This document shows positions 1-8,748 of a stretch of DNA of 64,000 nt, in pieces. Positions within the stretch are counted from its first letter, which is position 1. Every line of letters begins with the position of its first letter. This DNA is from Methanobacteriota archaeon (GTDB taxonomy: Archaea > Thermoplasmatota > Poseidoniia > Poseidoniales > Poseidoniaceae). The notes below the pieces were generated by a model, which ran no database searches, had not been told where the DNA came from, and saw only the letters and a program-made list of their open reading frames with translations. The stretch spans positions 12,722-76,721 of the forward strand of contig PAJM01000017.1 of assembly GCA_002706065.1 (NCBI GenBank). The letters run 5' to 3'. Both the position numbers and the translations under genes were made by a program.

Positions 1-2111
1 TCTAGTCCAACATCATACATCGTGGCAATCATAATTTTGTTGTAAGCCGGTCCCTCGTACTGCGTACCACTTCGGGTCGAAATGAGAATCGGCTTAATCT
101 CTGGGGCAACGTCATTGGCTTGTGCGTTCAATGGTGCAGTTACTGCAATGTAGAACGATGCAGATGCACCTGGATTGATTACAATTGAAGGACGTTGCTC
201 AGCTTCAATCAACCAGCCGATGGTTTCAACAAAATCGACGGACAAATCAAAACTATCCTGCCTACTTGCTAAATTCGTTAGTGTATATTTGAGTTCAATA
301 CGTTCTCCTGGTGTTAAGGTCGTAGAACCATCGGGATCGATATCCAACTCAATCTGAGCATTCGATATCATTGACGCTTGAAGGACAATCGCTTCGGTGG
401 TTGTACGTGTCGTATCGTTCTGAGCGACCATGGTCAACCAGAAATCACCCGTTTTATCGGGTGTTTCACCAGAAGGTATTGTCATCACGAACTTGACCGA
501 TTGGAGTTGATTTGGTATGAGTCGAATCGATGGTGATTGATCGAACGCTAGATTGACATTCCATCCTTGATGAAGTGATTTCGGCGCGACCTCGAGATCA
601 AAAACATCCGTAGCTTGTCCAATGTTTTCAACCTCAACGTAGAATGCGCAAGACGATCCTGGAGCACATTTAGGTTTAATCTCAGGGACATGAATATGAG
701 GAATTCGATCTGCTGAAACCTGGAATTGCATTTGCTCCAGAACGGAGAAATTTGGATTTTGTAGGCTCGTAGCCTCGAACGTGAGTGGGACAAACCCAAC
801 GCTGGCATTCGCACCAGGTTGTAATTTCACATCGATTTGTCGTGATTCTCCCGGCAAAAGTCGAACGCCTGTATTTGGATTAACGCCAGCGCCATTGGGA
901 AATGAATACGCAACATTCCAATCGGTTGGTAAATTGGTAACCGATGGGACCAAAGAATCACTGATGTTTCCTGTGTTGGTTAGTTCCAATCGTATCTTAC
1001 CCCATGAACCAGGTATTGACCCGTCTGTGAAGACTCCAGACACATCAAGATTGTATTCTTCAGTTCTTGCTGTCTGATCGTAGACGATCACAAAATCATC
1101 AAACCAATATCCGATATCTGTCCCAGAAACATCACTCGTAAATGCAAATTTGAGTCTTGAATTGGAATGGAAATGATTCGCTGTATCAAGCGGGACTAAC
1201 GGAGTCGTGTGTCCCATATGATTGTTTGAGATGGTTTGCCAATTCGAAAGCGTGGCACCAACGGTTCCAGCAATATTGACAAGTTCATCCCAATTGCCTT
1301 GACGGTTGAGGGCGTAAACCTTCATTGCGTCATTTTGTTGTGCACTTCCTGTGTAGAAGAACGTTATACCGTTGGTTCTTGTTGGGTTTGAAACAATGTC
1401 ACTCATGTCCCAAATCGGTGTTAACAAATCGGTTTGGAGATTGTTTGCATAGGAACCAGTCTGGCCTTGACCAATATGACAGGATTGTCCCATACTCAGT
1501 GCGGTGTCTGTGTTGGTTCCCCAATACGGTCCTGCGTTCCAGCCAACCAGTGAGGTGCAGGTAAAATAGGAATGAGCAACAGTATAATGTCGATTCAAAA
1601 CGTCGTTGGAAGGGTTGTCGTCAACACCTTGGAACGTAGGAATAATTTCGAGTGAATGATTGCCTGAATAGTTGACCTGAACGTTGTAAAATGTTGCAGT
1701 TCCTTGTCCATTTGATGATAAACTGTTCATGGTAATGGAGCGATTCGCAAGTTCAAATCGTTCGTATTCGTTGTGAAGTATGAGCATCTGGACAGTTATG
1801 ATTCCAGAGGCTACATTTCCATTGTTTCGAATGGTTATTTCGATATCCATGGGTGTTGTATTAACAGCATCGACAACATACAAACTCTTCGGACGATCAA
1901 ATCCTAAAATCGGATGATTGGATGAGAACATTTTGTACTGTGATTCATCACTTGGATTTGAATATCGAACGGATACATCAGTTGCGGACAAATCTACTCC
2001 GCTGTTTTTTGAAGAATTCGATACGGTTTCAGTATCATGAAGTTCGTTGTTGGCAAATGGTTGAAGCAACAAAAGTACGACGAGCAGACCCACTACACCG
2101 TACCTTGGCAT
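1..2111 (-). CDS. Large secreted/cell-surface protein with CARDB/Ig-like (NEW3-type) repeats, truncated at window edge
   Basis: Not in ORF track; read manually from ATG at 2111: MPRYGVVGLLVVLLLLQPFANNEL... (signal-like N-terminus). Open to the window edge, with repeated motifs ITIRNNGN, LELTNTGN.SD, VEVENIGQATD, YTLTNLASRQD. Confidence 0.8.
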   Translation of the reverse strand, partial: MPRYGVVGLLVVLLLLQPFANNELHDTETVSNSSKNSGVDLSATDVSVRYSNPSDESQYKMFSSNHPILGFDRPKSLYVVDAVNTTPMDIEITIRNNGNVASGIITVQMLILHNEYERFELANRSITMNSLSSNGQGTATFYNVQVNYSGNHSLEIIPTFQGVDDNPSNDVLNRHYTVAHSYFTCTSLVGWNAGPYWGTNTDTALSMGQSCHIGQGQTGSYANNLQTDLLTPIWDMSDIVSNPTRTNGITFFYTGSAQQNDAMKVYALNRQGNWDELVNIAGTVGATLSNWQTISNNHMGHTTPLVPLDTANHFHSNSRLKFAFTSDVSGTDIGYWFDDFVIVYDQTARTEEYNLDVSGVFTDGSIPGSWGKIRLELTNTGNISDSLVPSVTNLPTDWNVAYSFPNGAGVNPNTGVRLLPGESRQIDVKLQPGANASVGFVPLTFEATSLQNPNFSVLEQMQFQVSADRIPHIHVPEIKPKCAPGSSCAFYVEVENIGQATDVFDLEVAPKSLHQGWNVNLAFDQSPSIRLIPNQLQSVKFVMTIPSGETPDKTGDFWLTMVAQNDTTRTTTEAIVLQASMISNAQIELDIDPDGSTTLTPGERIELKYTLTNLASRQDSFDLSVDFVETIGWLIEAEQRPSIVINPGASASFYIAVTAPLNAQANDVAPEIKPILISTRSGTQYEGPAYNKIMIATMYDVGL

Positions 2112-2140
2112 AGTGGTGAATCGGCATTTACGTATTTGAT

Positions 2141-2962
2141 TTATTCGTCGCTGGAGTCTTGTGCAGCAAGCCTCAGCTTTTGCTCGTTCCTACGTTCTTT
2201 TGCACGAGCAGCAAAGTACACTGTGAAAGATGGAATAAGGACCATTGAAAAACATCCCACAACGGCTGCAAGGGCCCATAGAAACTCGGTTGCAGCATCA
2301 ATTTCAAAGACTTGAATACCTGCAAATTCCTCATTAACGGTGTAAACATTGACTTGTGGTTGGACAGACTTGTCGCCAGGTTCGACGATTTGAATGATGA
2401 TTTGTGAAGGCTCATGCGTGTAGTTGATTTCACTGCGTGCAAGCTCTTCTGCTTCGGACAGGCTATCTGCGAAGACCGTTCCGTTCGAGCGGCGAGCAGG
2501 GTCTGTTGACGTCAATGATTGGAGGCTAAGTTGACTGGATTCGGCTTCGACTTCGATCGAGTCTGAGTATATGCAGTGCTCTGAACACCTGAAATCAACC
2601 GTCTTTCCATCAACTTCGACTTCGGCATCGGGGACACCGAGGAACGGGTGTGAATACAACTTTCCATCATTTGTCATTTTGACCAATGCTCCGCTTGCGA
2701 GGTTATCGATCGTCATATTGACCCACGTTAGGTTTTGACCATCAGGAGATACAGTACCGATCCAGGTTGTTTCATTGTTTTGGAAGACCTTCGTAAGTTC
2801 AATGTCTTCAAATTCGCTTTCTGTTGGGTTTGTTTCATAGATGTAGTAACTGGGAGAAATTGTTGCGCCGTACACTGCATAGGAAAGCAAAATAATGAGC
2901 GTAAGAGACAAACCGATGAGTGTCCTCAACAAGTTTGGATTCTGGGCTAAAGCCTTCTTCAT
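2141..2962 (-). CDS. Hypothetical membrane protein (N- and C-terminal TM segments)
   Basis: ATG at 2962 (MKKALAQNP) follows GGAGA; two hydrophobic segments flank a soluble domain. Confidence 0.75.
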   Translation of the reverse strand: MKKALAQNPNLLRTLIGLSLTLIILLSYAVYGATISPSYYIYETNPTESEFEDIELTKVFQNNETTWIGTVSPDGQNLTWVNMTIDNLASGALVKMTNDGKLYSHPFLGVPDAEVEVDGKTVDFRCSEHCIYSDSIEVEAESSQLSLQSLTSTDPARRSNGTVFADSLSEAEELARSEINYTHEPSQIIIQIVEPGDKSVQPQVNVYTVNEEFAGIQVFEIDAATEFLWALAAVVGCFSMVLIPSFTVYFAARAKERRNEQKLRLAAQDSSDE

Positions 2963-3097
2963 TGTTTCTCCCAAAACGCATCCATTCAAGAACACTTGCA
3001 CGAGCCCAAAATCAGATGAATGCTCTTCAATCGCGTCTACAAATCGCCCGCTTTATTCAAATAGGGGAGATAAGTCGGAAGGATGCTTGGTGTAGTT

Positions 3098-3592
3098 ATG
3101 ACGACGTTTTACGATGTACCTGCCAATTTCCTAATCCCTGCTCTCGCAGAGCAATTGAAGAGCAATGATGCGATTAAGATGCCAGATTGGGCAGATGTCG
3201 TCAAAACTGGCTCGTCCCGTGAGCGCCCTCCGACTCAAACCGACTGGTGGCACACGCGAGGGGCTGCACTCCTTCGAAAAATAGCTCGTCAAGGTCCAAT
3301 TGGTGTAACCGCACTCTCGCAAGAATACGGAGGCCGCAAGAACAACGGTTCCAAACCCAACACACCTGGTGTAGGGTCACGAAAAGTCATTCGAATCCTT
3401 GTTCAACAACTCGAAACTGCTGGTCTTGTCTCTACACAATCAGGTCGACTTGTTGAACCCGAGGGACGTGAAGCAACCCAACTTTACAATGGACGTATCA
3501 TAACTCCAGCTGGCCACAAACTTCTCAACGAAGTTGCACACAGTGTGCGTCCCGATGTTGAGGCAGCCTATTCTGGTCTCGATAAATATTGA
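3098..3592 (+). CDS. rps19e: 30S ribosomal protein S19e
   Basis: MTTFYDVPA...PDWADVVKTG..RERPP...WW.TR.A.LLRK and GRIITPAG..LL match S19e. Confidence 0.96.
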   Translation: MTTFYDVPANFLIPALAEQLKSNDAIKMPDWADVVKTGSSRERPPTQTDWWHTRGAALLRKIARQGPIGVTALSQEYGGRKNNGSKPNTPGVGSRKVIRILVQQLETAGLVSTQSGRLVEPEGREATQLYNGRIITPAGHKLLNEVAHSVRPDVEAAYSGLDKY

Positions 3593-3610
3593 TTGAACGG
3601 AAGTGAATGG

Positions 3611-3976
3611 ATGACAAGTGTTGCAGACGATTCGGCGGAACTTGAAGCGTTCCGTCAGCGTCGACAACTCGAGCTTCAGCAACAACTCGAACAGCAAGCG
3701 AAACAGCAAGCCGCCGCTGAAGTTGAATCACAAGTACAAGCACAAGAGCAGCAAGCACTTGACCAGGCCATGAAGACCATCCTTACTTCAGATGCGAGAA
3801 GTCGTTTGACCAACATTTCCTTGGTCGATACCAACAAGGCCGATCTCCTTAAGCGACAATTAGTCGGACTCTACGAGCAACAACAAATTTCCATACCTGT
3901 CAACGATGAACAGTTGAAGAGAATCCTAGCAAGCCTATCCAAGAGCCGCAGAGATGCGTCTATCCGTCGAATCTAA
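3611..3976 (+). CDS. PDCD5/TFAR19-like DNA-binding protein
   Basis: ELEAFRQRRQLELQ, ILTSDARSRL.NI.LV, DEQLKRIL, C-terminal IRRI; conserved position after rps19e. Confidence 0.9.
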   Translation: MTSVADDSAELEAFRQRRQLELQQQLEQQAKQQAAAEVESQVQAQEQQALDQAMKTILTSDARSRLTNISLVDTNKADLLKRQLVGLYEQQQISIPVNDEQLKRILASLSKSRRDASIRRI

Positions 3977-3991
3977 GAGGGGTGCTCGAAT

Positions 3992-4147
3992 ATGTCAAAA
4001 AATAAACCAGCAGCAAAGAAAATTCGCCTGATGAAGGCAGGAAAGCAGAACCGCCGTGTCCCAGTATGGGTCATGCTAAAAACGAACAGAAACACAGTGT
4101 CGCATCCAAAGCGACATCACTGGCGACGTAGCAAGTTGCAACGATGA
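3992..4147 (+). CDS. rpl39e: 50S ribosomal protein L39e
   Basis: Manual translation: [51 protein letters not shown] (51 aa); SD GAGGGGTG upstream. Confidence 0.97.
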   Translation: MSKNKPAAKKIRLMKAGKQNRRVPVWVMLKTNRNTVSHPKRHHWRRSKLQR

Positions 4148-4158
4148 GGTGTATTGAC

Positions 4159-4437
4159 ATGGCAAGAGCAGCAACATCTGAATTGATCGTCCCACTACGA
4201 AAAGCATGGAACATAACCCGTTTCAAGCGAGCACCTCGTGCAATCCAAATCATCCGCGATGAAGTCATTCGTCATCTCAAGGTTCTTCCTGAAGAAGAGA
4301 TTTACATCGACCCATCGGTCAATGAGAAAATTTGGGAACGTGGTATTGAAAACCCACCGCGCAAGATACGGTTGACCGTTATTCGACATGATGAACCGGA
4401 TATCCCAATCGAAGTCAAATTGTTTGAGGAGGCCTGA
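4159..4437 (+). CDS. rpl31e: 50S ribosomal protein L31e
   Basis: VPLRKAW...KRAPRAI...[23 protein letters not shown]; SD GAGGTG. Confidence 0.96.
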   Translation: MARAATSELIVPLRKAWNITRFKRAPRAIQIIRDEVIRHLKVLPEEEIYIDPSVNEKIWERGIENPPRKIRLTVIRHDEPDIPIEVKLFEEA

Positions 4438-4439
4438 AA

Positions 4440-4631
4440 ATGGGAAATATTCGTCCAAGTTTTATCAAGATTCGAGCAATCCGTCTGGTTGAAGAACACG
4501 GTGAAAAATTCACAGATGACTTCGATCACAACAAGGTGATGGTCGAAAAGCTGACCGACGTGAGTACAAAGAAGCTTCGTAATTGGATCGCTGGCTACGT
4601 TACTCGTTACCGCCAACGCCGTACTGATTGA
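4440..4631 (+). CDS. rps17e: 30S ribosomal protein S17e
   Basis: [10 protein letters not shown]...FTDDFDHNK...[13 protein letters not shown]. Confidence 0.96.
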   Translation: MGNIRPSFIKIRAIRLVEEHGEKFTDDFDHNKVMVEKLTDVSTKKLRNWIAGYVTRYRQRRTD

Positions 4632-4644
4632 TGAGGTCATTGTT

Positions 4645-4866
4645 GTGCCCATTCGGGTTGATTGGAACAGAACTCCCGTTTCTGTTCATAGCCCTACATC
4701 GGAGCCACTGGAACGATTGATTCTCTATCTTCGAAATACGTACAACGTCCGCAGGCGCTCGTTGGTAATGCCGGACCGAGAGCAAGGTGGCTACCTTTTT
4801 TTTCTATATCAAGCATGCAATCCGATGTGGATTGCTGAATTCATTCAAAGCCAGGAGGAAGAATGA
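4645..4866 (+). CDS. Small hypothetical protein (73 aa)
   Basis: GTG start after SD GAGGT; fills the gap between rps17e and trmJ, with an ATGA overlap to the next gene. Confidence 0.7.
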   Translation: MPIRVDWNRTPVSVHSPTSEPLERLILYLRNTYNVRRRSLVMPDREQGGYLFFLYQACNPMWIAEFIQSQEEE

Positions 4867-5702
4867 TGGGTGAACGGAGTGATTTACCGCTCCCTCAATC
4901 TGCCTACAGGTTGCATGTCGTATTGGTGGGTATCCAACACCCAGGTAACTTGGGAGCTGTCTGCAGGTCACTCCTGAATCATGGATTTGATTCGTTACGT
5001 TTGGTTCAACCCAAGTGTCACCCTGACGATATCGAGGCTAGAAATCGTGCAAAACATGCTGGGCGTGTGTTGGATGATTGTCGAATTTTCGAGTCGTTTG
5101 AAGCGGCAACAAACGATTGTTCCGTAGTTGTGGGGACATCGGGCAAACGTGAGATTGGTAATAAAACGCAAAAACGTCATTTTGTTTACCCATGGGAATT
5201 TTCTGAACGGATATCGGATGTTGAGCAAGACGTTGCACTAGTGTTTGGTGAAGAAGGGAAAGGATTGTCAACAGTTGATCTCTTGCGTTGCGATTACCTC
5301 GTGACCCTCCCTACATGGGAGGGATATCCAATAACCAATCTAAGTCACGCCGTCCACACGCTGACGTATGAACTTCATCGATATCGAGTATTGAAGCGTC
5401 AAGGAAAAGAAAAAGCCCTTCCAAATATCGTGCCTCTTCAACGGGGAATCACACCAGAACAACGCAAGGTTCTGCGGAAATCGGTTGAGGATATTGCACG
5501 TTATTTGCCCGGCGGAGACGAACGCCGAATTTCTTTTGCACATTCGTTAACACGTGCCCTTCAGCGCTCTGGATTGGAGCCAGATCAAACCAATCGACTC
5601 ATTGGGGGATTTGTAGATGCTTCTACTGCACTTGAATACGCCACAGAAAGTGGTCATTGGAAATCAAATCGACGTCGTCGGGTTGTGCTTGAAGAAGAAT
5701 AG
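4863..5702 (+). CDS. trmJ: SPOUT RNA 2'-O-methyltransferase, TrmJ/TrmH family
   Basis: VVLVGIQHPGNLGAVCR, VVGTSG, ALVFGEEGKGLS, YPITNLSHAV. Confidence 0.88.
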   Translation: MMGERSDLPLPQSAYRLHVVLVGIQHPGNLGAVCRSLLNHGFDSLRLVQPKCHPDDIEARNRAKHAGRVLDDCRIFESFEAATNDCSVVVGTSGKREIGNKTQKRHFVYPWEFSERISDVEQDVALVFGEEGKGLSTVDLLRCDYLVTLPTWEGYPITNLSHAVHTLTYELHRYRVLKRQGKEKALPNIVPLQRGITPEQRKVLRKSVEDIARYLPGGDERRISFAHSLTRALQRSGLEPDQTNRLIGGFVDASTALEYATESGHWKSNRRRRVVLEEE

Positions 5703-6152
5703 TTATGCGTGCCACGATGCCCAACTTTTCGGAGTTTCGCGTACATGCATAGCCACGAGTCGTAAGCGATTGCCGTATGCAGTTCGGATATGTGGTTCAA
5801 CCTGTTCAAAAGCCCATTTAGCCAGGTTTTCTGCGGTTGGAATGAACGGTACAATTACGGTACGATGTTCAGCAGAAAGTCCGGAAAGTACGCTTCTAGC
5901 TTCTTCATCACCTTCGTATACAACGAACGCATGATCAACAACGTCGTGGATATGGACTGTTAGAATCGAACTTACATCGCTAAAATCCATCAACATGCCT
6001 TGTTCACTTACGCCTTCTGTTTCGACAATGTCTCCTTCAATTTCAGCTTCAAATCGATATCGATGACCGTGAAAGTGTCTGCATTTGCTTTTGTGATTTG
6101 GCACTCTATGTCCCGTATCAGTCTCAACATATCGGCGTATTTTTGTAGTCAT
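5703..6152 (-). CDS. queD: 6-carboxy-5,6,7,8-tetrahydropterin synthase
   Basis: GHR...KCRHFHGHRY, GMLMDF, DHAF, PTAENLA, VRETP. Confidence 0.93.
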   Translation of the reverse strand: MTTKIRRYVETDTGHRVPNHKSKCRHFHGHRYRFEAEIEGDIVETEGVSEQGMLMDFSDVSSILTVHIHDVVDHAFVVYEGDEEARSVLSGLSAEHRTVIVPFIPTAENLAKWAFEQVEPHIRTAYGNRLRLVAMHVRETPKSWASWHA

Positions 6153-6532
6153 TCGTTCACCTCAAATCTCATTGCTGCACTGTTGATGCAATAACGTTCT
6201 CCACCAAACTTTCGTGGTCCATCATCGAAAACGTGGCCAAGATGCGCATCACAACATCCACAGCGAACTTCAACGCGAGTCATTCCATGCGATGTGTCGA
6301 TTATTCTCTTGATGTTGGCATCATGATGTTCTGTGTGAAATGCTGGCCAACCGCAACCAGAGTCAAATTTCATTTGATTCGTGAAAAGTTTGGTATCACA
6401 TACGATGCAAAAGTAGTCGCCTTTTCGATACTCTTTGTTCAGTGCACCAGTGAATGGTCGTTCAGTACCATTTTGTTGTGTGACGTAGTACGATATTTCG
6501 GATAGTGATGCGATGCGTTCATCAAAATTCAT
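6149..6532 (-). CDS. msrB: Peptide-methionine (R)-S-oxide reductase
   Basis: GTERPF, CIVC, KFDSGCGWPAF, HLGHVFDDGP, RYCINS. Confidence 0.96.
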   Translation of the reverse strand: MNFDERIASLSEISYYVTQQNGTERPFTGALNKEYRKGDYFCIVCDTKLFTNQMKFDSGCGWPAFHTEHHDANIKRIIDTSHGMTRVEVRCGCCDAHLGHVFDDGPRKFGGERYCINSAAMRFEVNE

Positions 6533-7317
6533 ATGTTAACCTCCTGCTTGTGATTACGTTCAACGACTAAGGCGTTTTCAAGGACTGTTTTCCATTCGCC
6601 TTGGTATTCAATTGGATCTTGTCGGCCAATGGAGTGAAAAGCGAGAATACGCTCAATATCCGATCCGCTCTTACCAGAACTCCTACCGTCCTTATCAGGA
6701 TTATAGGACGTAATTGTATTGGAAAGAACTTCATCAAAATCCAAGTCCAAGAGTTGGGTTGACTCAAGGGCATCCAAGAGAATTGAGGTTTTGTCGCCAT
6801 TTAGGTACGGCAAATCGAAGCGAACCTTGTCACTCTCCCAATTCCCAATTTCAAAGGCTGATTGAAGAGCATGATAGAATTCCGGCCGACAATCTGGATA
6901 AATGGCATGATCGCCACTGTGAACTCCGAGAGCAAGGACGAGTTCATGCCCTGTCTTTTGAGCCTCAGAAAGGGCAAAGCCATACAATATGGATGCAAAG
7001 ATTGCGTTTCGGTTTGGGACTACAGTTTGTTTCATTTGAGCTTCTTCATAATGGCCAAGTGGAATATCCTTGTCGTCGGATGTAAGAGCTGAATCGAAAA
7101 GAGACATCGCAGGAGATAGATCAACAATATGATGTTCAACACTGAATCCCTTTGAGAGACAGAGTGCCACCGTAGATTTTGCCTTCTCGATTTCAATTGC
7201 ATGCTTTTGTCCATAGTTGTATGAAATGCATACAGCACGATACTCACGGGCTAAATAGTGTATCAAGAGACATGTGGAATCCATGCCTCCACTCAATGCC
7301 ATGACAACTGTTTTCAT
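6529..7317 (-). CDS. queC: 7-cyano-7-deazaguanine synthase (variant without Zn-binding Cys)
   Basis: SGGMDS, YNYGQKH, TVVPNRNAIF, HSGDHAIYPDCRPEF; ATG at 7317 overlaps the queE stop. Confidence 0.93.
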   Translation of the reverse strand: MKTVVMALSGGMDSTCLLIHYLAREYRAVCISYNYGQKHAIEIEKAKSTVALCLSKGFSVEHHIVDLSPAMSLFDSALTSDDKDIPLGHYEEAQMKQTVVPNRNAIFASILYGFALSEAQKTGHELVLALGVHSGDHAIYPDCRPEFYHALQSAFEIGNWESDKVRFDLPYLNGDKTSILLDALESTQLLDLDFDEVLSNTITSYNPDKDGRSSGKSGSDIERILAFHSIGRQDPIEYQGEWKTVLENALVVERNHKQEVNI

Positions 7318-7964
7318 AGAATTCCCATCCATTTGTGCGTTTGCAATGATAATCGCCAGCCTGCATGTTCTTTCACAATTTGTTCTGCTTCCTGAAACAT
7401 GACACCATTCTCTTCGATGGTCGCTGTATCGATGTAACAAGGTTGGAGAAAGTGGTGCTCAAATCCTGATTTGAGATCACCATACATCGACAATTCTTGA
7501 CCACAATACACAATCTTCAGTTCATTTCCCATGCGTTGGCGAACAACGGAGTTGGGATAGACTTGATCTTTTGGCGATATACAGATCCAATCGATGAGAC
7601 CTTGTGGTATTTCTATCGTGCCATTGCTTTCGATTGAAAGGTTGAATCCGCGTCGCTTTAACAATCGATGCAATGGCCATAAGTTGTGGAGCATGGGTTC
7701 ACCTCCAGTGAAGATGACACGTTTGCAATCGTATTGCATGATTTCACCAAGGATCTCTATAGCATTCATTTGTTCATGTGTATTGAAGTCAGTATCGCAC
7801 CACGAGCATCGCAGATTGCACGTTCCAAAACGTACAAACACGTGGGGAATCCCAGCGTGATACCCTTCACCTTGCACTGAATGGAAGATTTCAACGACCG
7901 GATACTCGGTAGCCAAATCCGTTGGGTCATCACCAACCGCATCTCCAGCACGTTCGCAATCCAT
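7314..7964 (-). CDS. queE: 7-carboxy-7-deazaguanine synthase (radical SAM)
   Basis: EIFHSVQGEG, CNLRCSWCDT, TGGEP, ESNG, SPK, RLSLQTHK. Confidence 0.95.
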   Translation of the reverse strand: MDCERAGDAVGDDPTDLATEYPVVEIFHSVQGEGYHAGIPHVFVRFGTCNLRCSWCDTDFNTHEQMNAIEILGEIMQYDCKRVIFTGGEPMLHNLWPLHRLLKRRGFNLSIESNGTIEIPQGLIDWICISPKDQVYPNSVVRQRMGNELKIVYCGQELSMYGDLKSGFEHHFLQPCYIDTATIEENGVMFQEAEQIVKEHAGWRLSLQTHKWMGIL

Positions 7965-7970
7965 TTGCGA

Positions 7971-8537
7971 TCAACTCGAGTTTTCAATGAGTTGCATCAG
8001 TTCGTTCCTTGCTTCTTGTTTCTCAAAGAAAACTCCACGCATTGCACTGGTTGTCATGATTGCATTTTGCTTGCGAACGCCACGACACCGCATACAACCG
8101 TGTGCTGCTTGGATAATCACGGCAGCACCAAGAGGGTTGAGATGCTCCACCAAATCACTGGCAACATCATTGGTAATCCGTTCCTGATTCTGCAGTCGAT
8201 GTGCATGATGATCGACGATACGAGCAAGTTTTGAAATCCCTACGATCCTATCGACAGGAATGTACGCAACGTGTGCTTTACCACTGAACGGTTGCAGATG
8301 ATGCTCGCATGTCGAATGGAATTCAATGTTGCTTAACAACACAATACCATCGTATCCTTCCGCATTGAATGTTGAGTCAAGAATGGTTTTGGAATCGGTA
8401 GAATACCCAGAAAAAATCTCCCCCCAAGAATCGATCACACGCTGAGGTGTGTCTTTCAGTCCCTCTCGATCAGGATTCGATTCTAAAAAATTCAAGAGCG
8501 TGTACACCGCCTTTTTTGCCTCATCTCTCGTAACCAT
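7971..8537 (-). CDS. folE: GTP cyclohydrolase I (bacterial FolE/type IA)
   Basis: REGLKDTPQRV, STCEHHL.PF.G, GISKLARIV, RLQNQER, HGCMRCRGV; ATG at 8537. Confidence 0.94.
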   Translation of the reverse strand: MVTRDEAKKAVYTLLNFLESNPDREGLKDTPQRVIDSWGEIFSGYSTDSKTILDSTFNAEGYDGIVLLSNIEFHSTCEHHLQPFSGKAHVAYIPVDRIVGISKLARIVDHHAHRLQNQERITNDVASDLVEHLNPLGAAVIIQAAHGCMRCRGVRKQNAIMTTSAMRGVFFEKQEARNELMQLIENSS

Positions 8538-8538
8538 A

Positions 8539-8712
8539 TTAATCGCCCCCAAGTCGACCGTGTCGCATATCAATCGTGTCGAGTTGATCCAACAATTTGC
8601 GGCAAGCAGAGCGTATTGCATCTGCAACGCTGATGAATTTCTTGTCGTCCCCTACATGCTGTTTTAAGTCAACGAGAAGCTCGTTCGGCATGTCTAAACT
8701 AATTTTGGGCAT
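8539..8712 (-). CDS. Ribbon-helix-helix (CopG/Arc/MetJ) transcriptional regulator
   Basis: Manual translation: MPKISLDMPNELLVDLKQHVGDDKKFISVADAIRSACRKLLDQLDTIDMRHGRLGGD (57 aa). RHH pattern (alternating beta strand, F.S..DAIR.A.R.LL); stop lies 1 nt before the folE ATG. Confidence 0.85.
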   Translation of the reverse strand: MPKISLDMPNELLVDLKQHVGDDKKFISVADAIRSACRKLLDQLDTIDMRHGRLGGD

Positions 8713-8728
8713 AGTCTGCCCTTACTGG

Positions 8729-8748
8729 AGTATTATTTTAAGAATACT
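8729..8748. promoter_or_regulatory. Imperfect palindrome (candidate operator) over the TATA-like box of the que operon
   Basis: AGTATTATTTTAAGAATACT is 16/20 self-complementary; contains TTAAAATA (minus strand) 21 nt upstream of the RHH ATG. Confidence 0.55.

Noticed and set aside
5703-8537. 7-deazaguanine DNA-modification (dpd) or QatABCD-type defence island
   Set aside because: No dpdA/TGT-like, helicase, nuclease or TatD genes nearby; housekeeping context fits tRNA archaeosine precursor synthesis
6529-8627. Long N-terminal extensions of QueC (7440) and FolE (8627), and similar ones for HutI, FdhD, PAN and CNNM in the ORF track
   Set aside because: Extensions overlap neighbouring genes or promoters; homology and promoter spacing point to downstream ATGs
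8538-8746. Possible preQ1 riboswitch upstream of folE/que genes
   Set aside because: The space is occupied by an RHH ORF with a leaderless-type promoter; I saw no preQ1 aptamer pattern
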